Positions 10,592-22,994 of a stretch of DNA of 42,245 nucleotides are shown here, piece by piece (the stretch's first letter is position 1; every line of letters starts with the position of its first letter). Source of the stretch: Octopus bimaculoides (Eukaryota); the NCBI RefSeq assembly GCF_001194135.2, contig NC_068987.1, forward strand, positions 83,838,303 through 83,880,547, written 5' to 3'. The notes beneath the pieces are model-generated. The model searched no databases, was not told the origin of the DNA, and worked only from the letters and a program-made list of their open reading frames with translations. The translations under genes and the position numbers were made by a program.

Positions 10592-10612
10592 TTATTATTA
10601 TTATTATTATTG
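10412..10612. repeat. Pure (TTC)~60 run followed by (ATT)n
   Basis: Uninterrupted TTC at 10412-10590, then ATT to ~10612. Source of the poly-K 'ORF' 10399-10716. Confidence 0.97.
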
Positions 10613-11771
10613 TTTGCAGTTTGGAGCAAAAATATTCCTAAATCTACATCCAAAGTTTCCGGACCTTCCCAGCAATATTTTAGCGACATGAAATAGATTT
10701 CACTTCTGCGTTGCATCGTATATAATGGTCAAAATATCTGTAGACTTTAAAGTCAAAGGTTTTTCCGATCGTTAGGTTTTCACGTCGCCATTTTCGCGTT
10801 AATTTGTTTCATAGGGAGTAAATTTATGTACGCTTTACCGCCTAAATTCTTCACCATTCGGCTTCCATGTCTGCAACTACGTGTTAATTTTCTTTTCTGT
10901 TTTTTATTATTTACTTCTTTGTATGCGTGTGTTGTTTGCATTCCAAATTAACTGCAATGTTTACACAAAAATAAGAAATACTACAACAAAAAAAATAAAA
11001 CTAGAACATACATATGTGTGCATGTCTGTGTATAAGTGATTGTGTAGAGAGATAGAGAGAGGGAGAGAGCGAGAGGAAGCTGTTCTTGTTCTTGTTTTTG
11101 TTTTTGTTGTTGTTGTGTGCGTGTGTGTGTGTGAGTGTGTGTGTGTGTGCGTGTGTGTGTACATGTATGATATTTTTACCAAAATCTCAAAATTTATATG
11201 GATGCCCCGTTATGTGAGTAACATAGCTGTTTGGTAGAGATAATTGAAAATAACTACCATAATAAAATAAACACTTGGTTTGATATGGTCGACAAATCAC
11301 TCGAAGGTGGTGCTCCAGCGTGGCCGAAGTCCACTGAGTGCAACCAATAAAAAGTATAGATGTGTGTGTATATTTACGTAGGTATGTCTGCATGCATGTA
11401 TATGTACATTCACAAACACACACGTATACAGCCTCACACACACAAACACAAAACATAGACGTATTAATTATGGCAGAGTCTTTCATGTATATATGCATGG
11501 TTAAACAAACAGCTAGTCTCCTGAACAGTTTAATGTTGAGCCGGCCATATTCCCTAATGACGCATTTGGTCTGTCTAAGAAGTCGCTAAAAATAATTTCT
11601 TTTGTATACGGTTGAAGGAATTTCCACTGACTTGATGGGCATGTATTTTTAGTGATAAACATGCACAATACAAATGTATGTATGTTTATATATATATACA
11701 TACATACATACATACATGCATACAGACAGACAGACAGACAGACAGACATATATACATACATACACACACAC

Positions 11772-11827
<56 letters not shown>

Positions 11828-12550
11828 NNNNNNNNNNNNNNNNNNNNNNNNNNNNNNNNNNNNNNNNNNNNNNNNNNNNNNNNNNNNNNNNNNNNNNNNN
11901 NNNNNNNNNNNNNNNNNNNNNNNNNNNNNNNNNNNNNNNNNNNNNNNNNNNNNNNNNNNNNNNNNNNNNNNNNNNNNNNNNNNNNNNNNNNNNNNNNNNN
12001 NNNNNNNNNNNNNNNNNNNNNNNNNNNNNNNNNNNNNNNNNNNNNNNNNNNNNNNNNNNNNNNNNNNNNNNNNNNNNNNNNNNNNNNNNNNNNNNNNNNN
12101 NNNNNNNNNNNNNNNNNNNNNNNNNNNNNNNNNNNNNNNNNNNNNNNNNNNNNNNNNNNNNNNNNNNNNNNNNNNNNNNNNNNNNNNNNNNNNNNNNNNN
12201 NNNNNNNNNNNNNNNNNNNNNNNNNNNNNNNNNNNNNNNNNNNNNNNNNNNNNNNNNNNNNNNNNNNNNNNNNNNNNNNNNNNNNNNNNNNNNNNNNNNN
12301 NNNNNNNNNNNNNNNNNNNNNNNNNNNNNNNNNNNNNNNNNNNNNNNNNNNNNNNNNNNNNNNNNNNNNNNNNNNNNNNNNNNNNNNNNNNNNNNNNNNN
12401 NNNNNNNNNNNNNNNNNNNNNNNNNNNNNNNNNNNNNNNNNNNNNNNNNNNNNNNNNNNNNNNNNNNNNNNNNNNNNNNNNNNNNNNNNNNNNNNNNNNN
12501 NNNNNNNNNNNNNNNNNNNNNNNNNNNNNNNNNNNNNNNNNNNNNNNNNA

Positions 12551-12616
12551 AGCAGGTATAGATGGATTATCTGGTATTTCTTGAAGAAATTTGTCCAGAT
12601 TCCGTTTCAAGTTGAT
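12551..12616 (-). mobile_element. Short CR1/L2-type LINE C-terminal remnant
   Basis: Translates to KRNLDKFLQEIPDNPSIP, matching the FK..LD.FL..IPD.P..P motif at the end of CR1/L2-group ORF2. Truncated by an N-gap. Confidence 0.55.
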
Positions 12617-12622
12617 ATATAT

Positions 12623-12905
12623 ATCAGGTCATCCCATAAGTTCCGTCCGATTTTGCCTTTTTAAAAATTGAATGAAATTTAATAGTATTTTAGAATGTCT
12701 AATGGAATTAAAAATTATTTTAATGCATTTGTGTATACTCAAACTAATTAAATATTATTTTACAGAATAATAGAATTAAAATTTCTTTGGTTAAAACCCT
12801 TTCTAACATGGAAGTATCCAAAGAGCATTTGAGGCACATACTGCTTTATGAGTAAAAAAAAAGGAATCTCTACCACCAAAGCGACTCGAAACATACACTC
12901 AGTCG
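12623..12905 (+). mobile_element. 5' fragment of a mariner element (TIR-like end plus N-terminal HTH start)
   Basis: TA-tcaggtcatcccataagttccgtccg end. ATG at 12808 gives MEVSKEHLRHILLYE*KKG.STTKATRNIHSV, matching the mariner HTH start (H.RH.LL.EF..G..A.EA.RNI). Confidence 0.75.
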
Positions 12906-13189
12906 AAACCCAGATTATCCTTACAATTTCGGCTGGTTATTCTCGATATTGCTCAAATCTGGTCAGCCCCAAGGAAAAACTAAACTAAGAGCATTAGATT
13001 CCTTGGAAGAAAGCAGCGAATGTATACAAATATATCTATAAAATTAGTGTACATTTAAACACTAATTTTATATGGAAAATATGTTGCCTCTTGACTTTTT
13101 ATACATGCTAGGCCACTGGTAGTGAAATTTCTAAAATTTTGCTATCCTATATTAATTTATATATATATAACACTTACCTTTTTAAGGTA

Positions 13190-13585
13190 ACCTGTTTCAG
13201 TCGTTAGACTGAGGCAGTTCTGGAGCACTACCTTAAAGAACTGTTTTTAGTCGAATGAATCGACTCCATTACTTGTTTTTGTCTATTTTCAAAGCCTGGT
13301 ATTTATTCAATTGACCTCTTTCGCCAAACTGCTAAGTTACGGGAACATAAACATACCAACAACGGATATTAAGCGGTGCCGGGGGACTAACATATACACA
13401 GAGACACATACACACATAGATATATATGCGTACGACAAGCTTTTAGTTTCTGTCTACCATATCCACACAGAAGGCTTTAGTCTGCTCGAGACTATAGTTG
13501 AAGACACTCGACCGAAGTGCCACGCAGTGGCGCTGAACCCAGAACCGCGTGGTTGGGTAGCAAGCCTCTTACCACACAGTCATGT
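13190..13585 (-). mobile_element. Full-length, degenerate SINE family A
   Basis: 3' half, internal (CA)/(TA) tract and head are recognisable on the minus strand. Confidence 0.85.
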
Positions 13586-14004
13586 TGTTAAAAATTAGCC
13601 CTCAAAATAACATGACATACAATAATTAAGGATATAAATATAAAAAAATGTAATTGACTTTATTTCGTATAGTGTAAAGTCACTTACTGCGAGGAAACCA
13701 TCCGCTTCCAACTAACAGCCAATCAATTATATAAAAGCTACTTCAACCAACAAGTCGATCTATCAATATTTAAAGCCTATTTACGGAAGCTATAAAAACA
13801 ATTACAGAATATTTCCTGTCTGTCTGCTATGTCCCTGCTAGTTCTTGGTCTGTTTCATATACATACACATACATAACTACCTACCGACTTGCAAGGTATA
13901 AATACACATACATACATACATACATACATACATACATACATACATACATACATACATACATACATACATACATACATGCATGCGTATATACATATATCCT
14001 GCTA

Positions 14005-14295
14005 TGAAAACCAACTGGTCTTTGGACACGAATGTGGTCAGGAAAATACAAAAGGAAGAGCACATCTATGGGTCATTGATAGGGAGTTGACAAATCCAGC
14101 ACCCAAGATACGCTTTCGGTTTCAAACTTATTATTGTTGGAGCAACAGGGTACATATCAACCCGTTTGGAGTAAAGTATGACTGAAATTGGGATCTTGTG
14201 GAGAGAATGCAAATCCTTAATTCATACTCTATAAAAGATCACCACCATGTCTTGAACTATAAAAATCTGCAAGATCTTCTCAAGATTTAAAGACA
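14005..14295 (+). mobile_element. Degraded 3' end of an RLE-type non-LTR retrotransposon (R4/NeSL-like)
   Basis: From 14025: DTNVVRKIQKEEHIYGSLIGS*QIQHPRYAFGFKLIIVGATGYISTRLE*SMTEIGI...TIKICKIFSRF. This matches RLE C-termini (D.NI..K..EK..Y..L...LQ..YP.Y.F..PIIVGA.GY...GT.KI.K.FL). Confidence 0.7.
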
Positions 14296-14404
14296 TATTT
14301 GTTAAAACGAGATAATTCACTTCACAAGCTTGCTACCAGGTAGGTGACAGGTCAAAATTTACCCTAAAATTTAAAAGAGAAAGAGACCGTACATACATAC
14401 ATAC

Positions 14405-14504
14405 ACTCAGCTACTTGCACGTTAATTTCATGAGCAGTCTGTTCCATTGATCGGATCAACTGGAAGCCTCGTCGTCGTAACCACCCGAGTGCCACTACTA
14501 CTAC
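14405..14504 (+). mobile_element. SINE family C, 3' fragment
   Basis: ctacttgcacgttaatttcatgagcag...gatcggatcaactggaa..cctcgtcgtcgtaacc...gagtgccac matches 26240-26339. Confidence 0.88.
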
Positions 14505-14724
14505 ATCAATGGAGTATAGAGTTAAACGCTTTTACAAAACGAGTAACAGTTTCCGAGTTTCCTTGCTTAGCACCTAGTGACAGGCCGAAGCGAGATAGCT
14601 ACTAAGCCAAGTGATACTGTAACGCCGAGTGGGTTTACTGAGCGCCCTGGTACCAATGAAGTGTATTTCCGCTTCCCTGCGCGTAAGCGGAATGTTACTA
14701 CGTGTGGTAGTTTTTATTTTAATT

Positions 14725-14873
14725 TTATTTTATTTGTTTCAGTCATTTGACTGCGGCCATGCTGGAGCACCGCCTTTAATCGAGGAAATCGACTCAAGCA
14801 CTTATTCTTTGTAAGCCTAGTACTTATTCTATTGGTCTCTTTTGCCGAACCGCTAGAATACGGGGATGTAAAC

Positions 14874-14912
<39 letters not shown>

Positions 14913-15513
14913 ACACACCTATATATATATATATANNNNNNNNNNNNNNNNNNNNNNNNNNNNNNNNNNNNNNNNNNNNNNNNNNNNNNNNNNNNNNNNN
15001 NNNNNNNNNNNNNNNNNNNNNNNNNNNNNNNNNNNNNNNNNNNNNNNNNNNNNNNNNNNNNNNNNNNNNNNNNNNNNNNNNNNNNNNNNNNNNNNNNNNN
15101 NNNNNNNNNNNNNNNNNNNNNNNNNNNNNNNNNNNNNNNNNNNNNNNNNNNNNNNNNNNNNNNNNNNNNNNNNNNNNNNNNNNNNNNNNNNNNNNNNNNN
15201 NNNNNNNNNNNNNNNNNNNNNNNNNNNNNNNNNNNNNNNNNNNNNNNNNNNNNNNNNNNNNNNNNNNNNNNNNNNNNNNNNNNNNNNNNNNNNNNNNNNN
15301 NNNNNNNNNNNNNNNNNNNNNNNNNNNNNNNNNNNNNNNNNNNNNNNNNNNNNNNNNNNNNNNNNNNNNNNNNNNNNNNNNNNNNNNNNNNNNNNNNNNN
15401 NNNNNNNNNNNNNNNNNNNNNNNNNNNNNNNNNNNNNNNNNNNNNNNNNNNNNNNNNNNNNNNNNNNNNNNNNNNNNNNNNNNNNNNNNNNNNNNNNNNN
15501 TATATACACACAA

Positions 15514-15552
<39 letters not shown>

Positions 15553-15710
15553 CGACGGGCTTCTTTCAGTATCCGTCTACCAAATCCACTCACAAGGCTT
15601 TGGTCGGCCCGAGGCTATAGTAGAAGACACTTTTCCAAGGTGCCATGCAGTGGGACTGAACCCGGAACCATGTAGTTCGTAAGCAAGCTACTTACCACAC
15701 AGCCACTCCT
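14725..15710 (-). mobile_element. SINE family A, probably one copy whose internal microsatellite contains the N-gap
   Basis: 3' half at 14725-14880, then (CA)/(TA), gap, (TA)/(CA), then core and head at 15552-15710, in matching order and strand. Confidence 0.75.
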
Positions 15711-15819
15711 ATATTTATATTTATTGTTATTTATTATTTTAAAATGAAATTAAATACAACAAAATTTTCAGTTGCATAACCCCTCCTATAACTAATTCCT
15801 CATTTACTCTTTCGAATCT

Positions 15820-15985
15820 ACATCACCTCCTCCTCCCATCCTCTTCCCTCTCCTCCTGCTTCTCTTACTCCCCCGTCTCCTCCATCTCCTGCTCCTTCTC
15901 CTCTCTCTCCTGTTCCTCACTCCCCTGCTCCTCCCTCCCCTGTTCCTGCTGCTGCTGCTTCTCCTCCACCTCCGCTTGCTCTGTT
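15820..15985. repeat. Pyrimidine-rich (CTC/CCT) low-complexity tract
   Basis: Direct reading. Confidence 0.85.
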
Positions 15986-16363
15986 TCTATAATTCTTTTT
16001 ATTTTACTGTATTTAGTGTTGTCTTACTCACTGACTGGCACTAAGCCTAGTACATGCACGCTCATCCTACACGTCTGTTGCAAACTCTCTTTATATGTCT
16101 CTTTCTCTCTCCTTCTATCCTCTATAAATTCTATGCAGATGGACCCTATTTGGACTGAACACTTTTCCACAGCAGCCCCTAAATCCCGAAACAAAGACAA
16201 GCTCTTTTGGGTTTTTTTTATAGAATGTATGTTCATTCAGAAATTATCTCGCTTTCTCATTCAATGTCGTTAATAATCATTGTTACATTTATATCTATCT
16301 GCTTTCTTTGCGAAGAAAATTGCTATGCATTAACTATTTTTGAAATTGGTACATAGGTGCCGG

Positions 16364-16678
16364 TGGAGGCGCAATAGCCCAGTGGTTAGGGCAGCGGACT
16401 CGCGGTCATAGGATCGCGGTTTCGATTCCCAGAGTGGGCGTTGTGAGTGTTTATTGAGCGAGAACACCTAAATCTCCACGAGGCTCCGACAGGGGATGGT
16501 TCCGGTAAATGATGGTGACGCCTGCAGTACTCTTTCACCACGACATTCTCTCACTCTTACTTTCTGTTTCTGTTGTACATGTAATTTAAAGGGTCAGCCT
16601 TGTCACACTGTGTCACGCTGAATATCCCCGAGAACTACGTTATGGGTACACGTGTCTGTGGAGTGCTCAGCCACTTGC
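16364..16678 (+). mobile_element. tRNA-headed SINE family C, 3' end lost in gap
   Basis: ggaggcgcaatagcccagtggttaggg (A box) ... ggtttcgattccc (B box). Near-identical to 25957-26260. Confidence 0.92.
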
Positions 16679-18164
16679 NNNNNNNNNNNNNNNNNNNNNN
16701 NNNNNNNNNNNNNNNNNNNNNNNNNNNNNNNNNNNNNNNNNNNNNNNNNNNNNNNNNNNNNNNNNNNNNNNNNNNNNNNNNNNNNNNNNNNNNNNNNNNN
16801 NNNNNNNNNNNNNNNNNNNNNNNNNNNNNNNNNNNNNNNNNNNNNNNNNNNNNNNNNNNNNNNNNNNNNNNNNNNNNNNNNNNNNNNNNNNNNNNNNNNN
16901 NNNNNNNNNNNNNNNNNNNNNNNNNNNNNNNNNNNNNNNNNNNNNNNNNNNNNNNNNNNNNNNNNNNNNNNNNNNNNNNNNNNNNNNNNNNNNNNNNNNN
17001 NNNNNNNNNNNNNNNNNNNNNNNNNNNNNNNNNNNNNNNNNNNNNNNNNNNNNNNNNNNNNNNNNNNNNNNNNNNNNNNNNNNNNNNNNNNNNNNNNNNN
17101 NNNNNNNNNNNNNNNNNNNNNNNNNNNNNNNNNNNNNNNNNNNNNNNNNNNNNNNNNNNNNNNNNTACTTGATACGTATGTGAGATACGTCTTTTTTTTC
17201 AAACAAGACAAAGAAACAAAGAAAGAAAAGAGTAATAGTACACGTTTTCAAATACTAAATTCTTCCTCCTTCAGACATATTTTCTTTTTCTTTGTTTTTT
17301 GTTTTTTTTCATTAATATATTTCTATTCACAGAAGGACTTTCCGTAAAAAGAGAAAGAAAAAAAATCCCACTTATTTTATCTCCAGCCCAATCATCCTAT
17401 TTTTGTCACGAACTCCATCACCCCGTTTTTGTCACGAACTACTGATACCTTATCCTCTAACAAAGAAAAAACAAAATATATATCTAGTATTTTCTTTCCT
17501 TTTCAGTGTTTACTGTTTATTTTTTTACTGTTTCTTTTCTTGAAGACCTAATTTTTTCTCTGGCCTAATGGCATTGTTTATTTTTTTGATGTAGTTTTGT
17601 TTGGTCTTGTAATTTCGTTTATGATTCTTGTCAGCATTTTTCTTTTTCTTTTGCTGAGTTATTTATTCATTTCTATCGTCTGCGCTCGTCTAGTTGTGGG
17701 GAAGTGCTAAATTCGTTTGACTTTACGACGAGGACAAAGAATTAGTGACAATACGTTAGAGCCACAACTCATTAACTGAGGAACAGATGCATAAAATATG
17801 TTCAGCTGAGTGTGTCAGGCGTTCCAAGTTAAAACTGCTCACTATCTCACTGACGCAGCGTCGTCGATCAACAATCACAGTGGTAGCCGACATAATGTGT
17901 CAAGATGGTGTCATTGCAACACTTTCAATTAGTCACAACTAAAAGTTACCTTCCTGTGTCCAGTTGCTGAAATAGATATTGTCATCAAAGATAGGGCTCT
18001 CTTTTCTTCCTTCTAATAAAGCAGTTCAGAAAAGGTACAATATTTAGTCAAATGGTGTCAGTGTCAACGGGAGTTATTAATAATAATAAGAATAACAACA
18101 ACATCATCAACAATAATAATAATAATAATATTGATAATAATTACTACAATAATAATAATAATGA

Positions 18165-18340
18165 ACGCTCCTTTATTGGCCACAAGGGCAGAGCACAAAA
18201 CAAATAGGGACAATACAAAATTGGGGACACGTGGAGTTTAACACAAAAATGTCAATGACAATTAATAATACAATTAAACAATAAAATTCCCCAAAAGGGG
18301 GAGGGAGATCGTCACAGAGACAACCAAGGAGCCCAACACA
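18165..18340 (-). mobile_element. Possible LINE 3' UTR remnant sharing its tail with SINE B
   Basis: Reverse complement ends ...ttgtattgtccctatttgttttgtgctctgcccttgtggccaataaag, versus the SINE B tail ttgtttgtcccct...ccccttgtgggcagtaaag. Flanked by (AAT)n and (ATT)n. Confidence 0.4.
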
Positions 18341-18341
18341 T

Positions 18342-18343
18342 TC

Positions 18344-18422
<79 letters not shown>
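18342..18422. repeat. (ATT)n microsatellite
   Basis: About 27 pure units. Confidence 0.95.
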
Positions 18423-18424
<2 letters not shown>

Positions 18425-18655
18425 GGTGGTGAGCTGGCAGAAACGTTAGCACGCCGAATGAAATGCTTAGCGGTATTTCATCTGCCGCTACGTTCTGAGA
18501 TGAAATTCCGCCGAGATCGACTTTGCTTTTCATCCTTTCGGGGTCGATTAAATAAGTACCAGTTACGCACTGGGGTCGATATAATCGACATATTCCGTTT
18601 GTCTGTTCTTGTTTGTCCCCTCTATGTTTAGCCCCTTGTGGGCAGTAAAGAAATA
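18423..18655 (+). mobile_element. Full-length SINE family B
   Basis: Same consensus as 4038-4270 and 27701-27933. Confidence 0.93.
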
Positions 18656-19569
18656 NNNNNNNNNNNNNNNNNNNNNNNNNNNNNNNNNNNNNNNNNNNNN
18701 NNNNNNNNNNNNNNNNNNNNNNNNNNNNNNNNNNNNNNNNNNNNNNNNNNNNNNNNNNNNNNNNNNNNNNNNNNNNNNNNNNNNNNNNNNNNNNNNNNNN
18801 NNNNNNNNNNNNNNNNNNNNNNNNNNNNNNNNNNNNNNNNNNNNNNNNNNNNNNNNNNNNNNNNNNNNNNNNNNNNNNNNNNNNNNNNNNNNNNNNNNNN
18901 NNNNNNNNNNNNNNNNNNNNNNNNNNNNNNNNNNNNNNNNNNNNNNNNNNNNNNNNNNNNNNNNNNNNNNNNNNNNNNNNNNNNNNNNNNNNNNNNNNNN
19001 NNNNNNNNNNNNNNNNNNNNNNNNNNNNNNNNNNNNNNNNNNNNNNNNNNNNNNNNNNNNNNNNNNNNNNACCCCTTCTCCCAATTTCAGTGCTGTAATT
19101 GAAACCCTTATTGTTGTTGCTATCATCGTCGTCATCATCATCATCAAATTTCAAAATTCTGGCACAAGTCCAGCAATTTTGAGGAAAGGGGCAAGTTAGT
19201 TGCATTGATTTTAGAGACAGTAATTTACATTTTGAGCTAAGCTAGGTGTTATTGAATATGATAGTTTTTCTGTATAGCTATTAGATATTCTGTAGCATTT
19301 ATATTTGGAGTAAAGTTTTTCTTAGAATTTCAAAGAGTTGGCTACGCTAATATTGACATAAATGTATACGTTCCTTTTGTAGTTTTATTATTTGTGCTTA
19401 ATATGTCAGTAGTTACTTGTTGGGCTCCAAATATGTTACTCGCGTTAGTTGCTAGTTTCTTAGTATCGTCTTTCTTCGTATTAATCGTGCTATTCAAAGA
19501 TGCTACATCCAGAAGGATCATAGTAGTGTCCATCATTCTTATAATTTCGTTCTTATTATTCTTATAATT

Positions 19570-19825
19570 GTTAAGATGGTCAGACGGCAGAATCGTTAGC
19601 GTGTCGGAGAAAATGCTTAGTGACATTCCTTCGGGTTCTTTACTTTCTGAACTCAAAATACCACCGATGTCAATTTTATCTTTCATCGTTTCGGAGCTGA
19701 TAAAATATAGTGCCCGTCGAAGAGTGGGGTCGATTGCATTGATTAAGCAGCCTACCCTCAAAATTGCTAAGTTTGTACCAGCGGCCTTCCCTCAAAATTG
19801 TTAAGTTTGTACCAAAAATTTCAAA
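19570..19825 (+). mobile_element. Degenerate SINE B'
   Basis: ggcagaatcgttagcgtgtcggagaaaatgcttag...ctgaactcaaaatacc...aaaattgctaagtttgtacc, with a duplicated tail segment. Confidence 0.75.
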
Positions 19826-21924
19826 TTGTTATTCTTGTGATAATGATAAAAATGCAGCTTCGCATTTTTAAAGATGATTTTAGTTTCGTACTTACAGAGA
19901 AATGACGGTTTCATAGAAATAGTTCCATTCCCATTAATATTTCCTGTAGTTATACTAATCAATTTTTAACAGTTCAAATAAAGCTATTATTTGCTCACGC
20001 CACTAACCCTATTTGAACTACTACTCACTACATTCAACGAAATTTCCATTACTCTATCGATCACGTCGTCTGCTTTCTTCCAATATAGACTGATAAATGC
20101 AGTGTTTATTCTATGATTAAACAATATGTTGCTAATATAGTATTATGTGCATAGTTTGTGCTTGTCGATGACTGAATTAAGTGATACTCTTTTGTTGATT
20201 GCTGTGTAGAAGTTTTGCTAATTCCGGTTGTCGGGGATAAATGCGTTGCTATTTAAACAAATCTTAAAATATGTTACAGTATCACTGACGTTTCTATTAA
20301 TTCTGTTTCTATTGACCATAATATCTTCGCCATTTTCTTTGTGTGGAAAATGAAAATCATAGAATGATGTTTTATGAAGGTTTTAATGCGTTAATAGTTT
20401 ACCAGTTTTTTTTTCCACTTTGGTGTTGAAATAAAAAAGCAAAACAAAGCAAAATACAACAAACTAAACACCATGCTTTCACCCATCAACACACACGCCC
20501 GCACACACAAACACATGCAGAAACACACACATATGCACACCCACAGATGCACATTCACACATACACACATAAACACACACACAAACACATCCATGACCAC
20601 ACCACCATACATATTTACACACATACATGGACGAGTTGAAAGTGCGACCGGAAACTGTCCATCCTACGAGGTTAGTGATCATTAGAAAGTTGCCACTCCA
20701 GTTTGCAATACGCCATCTTGTTGTAGAATTCTAGTCAAAATGGTTATTACTCCACTGTCATCACGCCCATGCAAATGCAATCTTTTGATTTATTATCAAG
20801 TGCAAAATATGCATTACATTTTGGAAAAGTTGCCAACAAACGTAGAAACCCCGCCACCCTTCCGTTATATTCACCCACCTCTTCTTCCCACCTTTATCCA
20901 CAATTTCGACAGCCTCCACTGTGTAGCAGTTTACTTTTATTTTTGTTTTGTCATGTTATTACTGGATTTATTTGTTGATATTACTTGATTAGATGAGTAA
21001 GTCTGCGAACACTTTCGCTTCATAACGCCCTTTGTTGACCTGTCTAGTTGACAAATTTGACAATAATTTGGGGTATTAAGATGAATAATGATTTTCGGCT
21101 GCTAAACGCTACTAATTTGTTCGTCCTGATACTAATGAGCAAGCGTTTCCTCTTTCTATCTGATTGTTTCGCCTATTTTTCTTCTTCAGCCACTTTCAGT
21201 GTCATGCTTCTTCCTCTAAACGTTGCACAAACAGCAAAGAATTGAAAACTGAATACTTTTAAAGGAAACAAATAGAGGCATAAGAGTAAATATGAATTAA
21301 AGTGACTGGAGACAAAATAGAATGACAAAAAAAAAAAAGATAAATAAATCGGAAGCAAATGCTAATCGGGAAGAAAAAAAATGAAATGTGGAACAGTAGG
21401 GTATGAAAATGAAGAATCCCAGTGATAGGGAGAAGATTAAACGGGAAAGAAAGTGCGGTAAACGAAGGAAATAAATGAAGTGTAAGAATGAGCAGTTCAG
21501 ATTGAGATAAAGAGAAAGAATGAAAGATTTTGATATTGGACGACAGCGGAGGTGAGGGGGGCGAGGGGGGATGTATTTATTTTGGAAAAGTAAATGGATT
21601 AAAGAAGAATAAATTAAAGGTTTTACTTGATAATCTCTGCCACCAGCAGTGATGTTTTTAAACAGATTTTTTTTTCCAGCCAAGCATCGTTTTTGCCAAC
21701 AACAACTACCACAAAGACAACAACAATAACAACACCACCTACTCCAACAGCAGCAGCAGCGGCAGCGGCTGTATTAGGAACCACAAAAGTAATAAAAACA
21801 AGAAAAGTATCAGTGGGGGCAAATGAGTAATGTCGATAAAGAATGAAAGCCAGGCTTCGTTTATTATCATCGTCGCCATCTTAATATATTGCTTTGATTT
21901 TCGAGTTTGTATATTTGTGACTAT

Positions 21925-22067
21925 CTTTATGTATGTATGTATGTATGTATGTATGTATGTATGTATGTATGTTTATATGTATGTATGTATGTATCAGTTT
22001 TGTCGTGTATATCACTCTACACACACACACACCTATATATATACACATATATAAATATATATAAACG

Positions 22068-22099
<32 letters not shown>

Positions 22100-22125
22100 T
22101 GGATATATATGTATGTAAATGTCTG

Positions 22126-22164
<39 letters not shown>

Positions 22165-22197
22165 GTCTGTCTGTCAATCCATCTATCCATCCATCCT

Positions 22198-22246
<49 letters not shown>

Positions 22247-22400
22247 GTAAATATACATATATGTATATACACGCGTGCATACATGCATACTTGCACAAAC
22301 TCTCTCCCTCATTCTCTCTCACACACACACACTCACACACATAAATGTGTGTATATGTGTGTATATGTGTGTGTGCGTGCGCGCGCGCGCGTGCATGTGT
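21925..22400. repeat. Compound microsatellite cluster (TATG, TA, TATC, CA, CG)
   Basis: Direct reading. Confidence 0.9.
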
Positions 22401-22994
22401 ATGTGTATTTTCGTATAATACAGTATTTTCTTTCTCGACATGTATTTGTTGCTGTGTGATTGTGACTCTTTTCGGTGAGTCTAAGGCCGGCTGCTGCAAG
22501 TTAAATTAATGACAACTTTTCATCTAGCTGTTCAATTCCATTCATCTTTATCTAAATGTAAACCTAATTGACCACTTCTTGAACCCCCATTTCTTTTCTT
22601 CATTTTGCTTTGTTTTTCCGAGATAAACCCGACTTCTGCCACTTGATCATATCATCTGAAAGAATCAGCTGCATCATCAGCCCCAAATAAAACCCTTATT
22701 TTATTGGTTCGTTGTGCTTTCGGATATATTTTGTTTGAACTCTTACAATGTTTTTTTTTTTTGTTTTATTTATTTATCATCAATCGTCTTTCTTTGACTT
22801 CATGAAAGACTACTAAGATAGAATAGAATAGAATATAAAATATACGTTGTAGTACTGAATTAGAACTGGGTACTTTCACTCGGAAGAAGTAATATACAAT
22901 ATATATATCTTAGCAACTCTATCAACTTGTGTAGTTTTTCTTTCTATATTTCCGTTGTAAAAGTTTTGTCCACTTTAGATTATAACAATATATT

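Noticed and set aside
10399-10716. Poly-Lys/Asn ORF
   Set aside because: It is the reverse strand of the (TTC)n(ATT)n microsatellite.
13719-13736. CCAAT immediately followed by TATAAAA
   Set aside because: The spacing is too short for a canonical CCAAT/TATA promoter, both words are common in AT-rich DNA, and there is no downstream gene.
14115-14170. KLIIVGATGYI resembling a Rossmann GxxGxxG start
   Set aside because: Flanking stops and the surrounding motifs fit the C-terminus of an RLE LINE (PIIVGA.GY) instead.
16364-16440. tRNA genes at SINE heads (also 25957, 23190-23268, 9780-9850)
   Set aside because: A and B boxes are present, but there is no complete cloverleaf or acceptor stem and each continues into a repeated body. 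These are SINE heads.
19342-19761. 139-aa minus-strand ORF
   Set aside because: The first half is antisense SINE B' and the rest has no recognisable domain or splice support.
20655-20700. TA-cgagg.. mariner-TIR-like start (similar tatgagggtg at ~41580)
   Set aside because: No matching second TIR or transposase sequence was found nearby.
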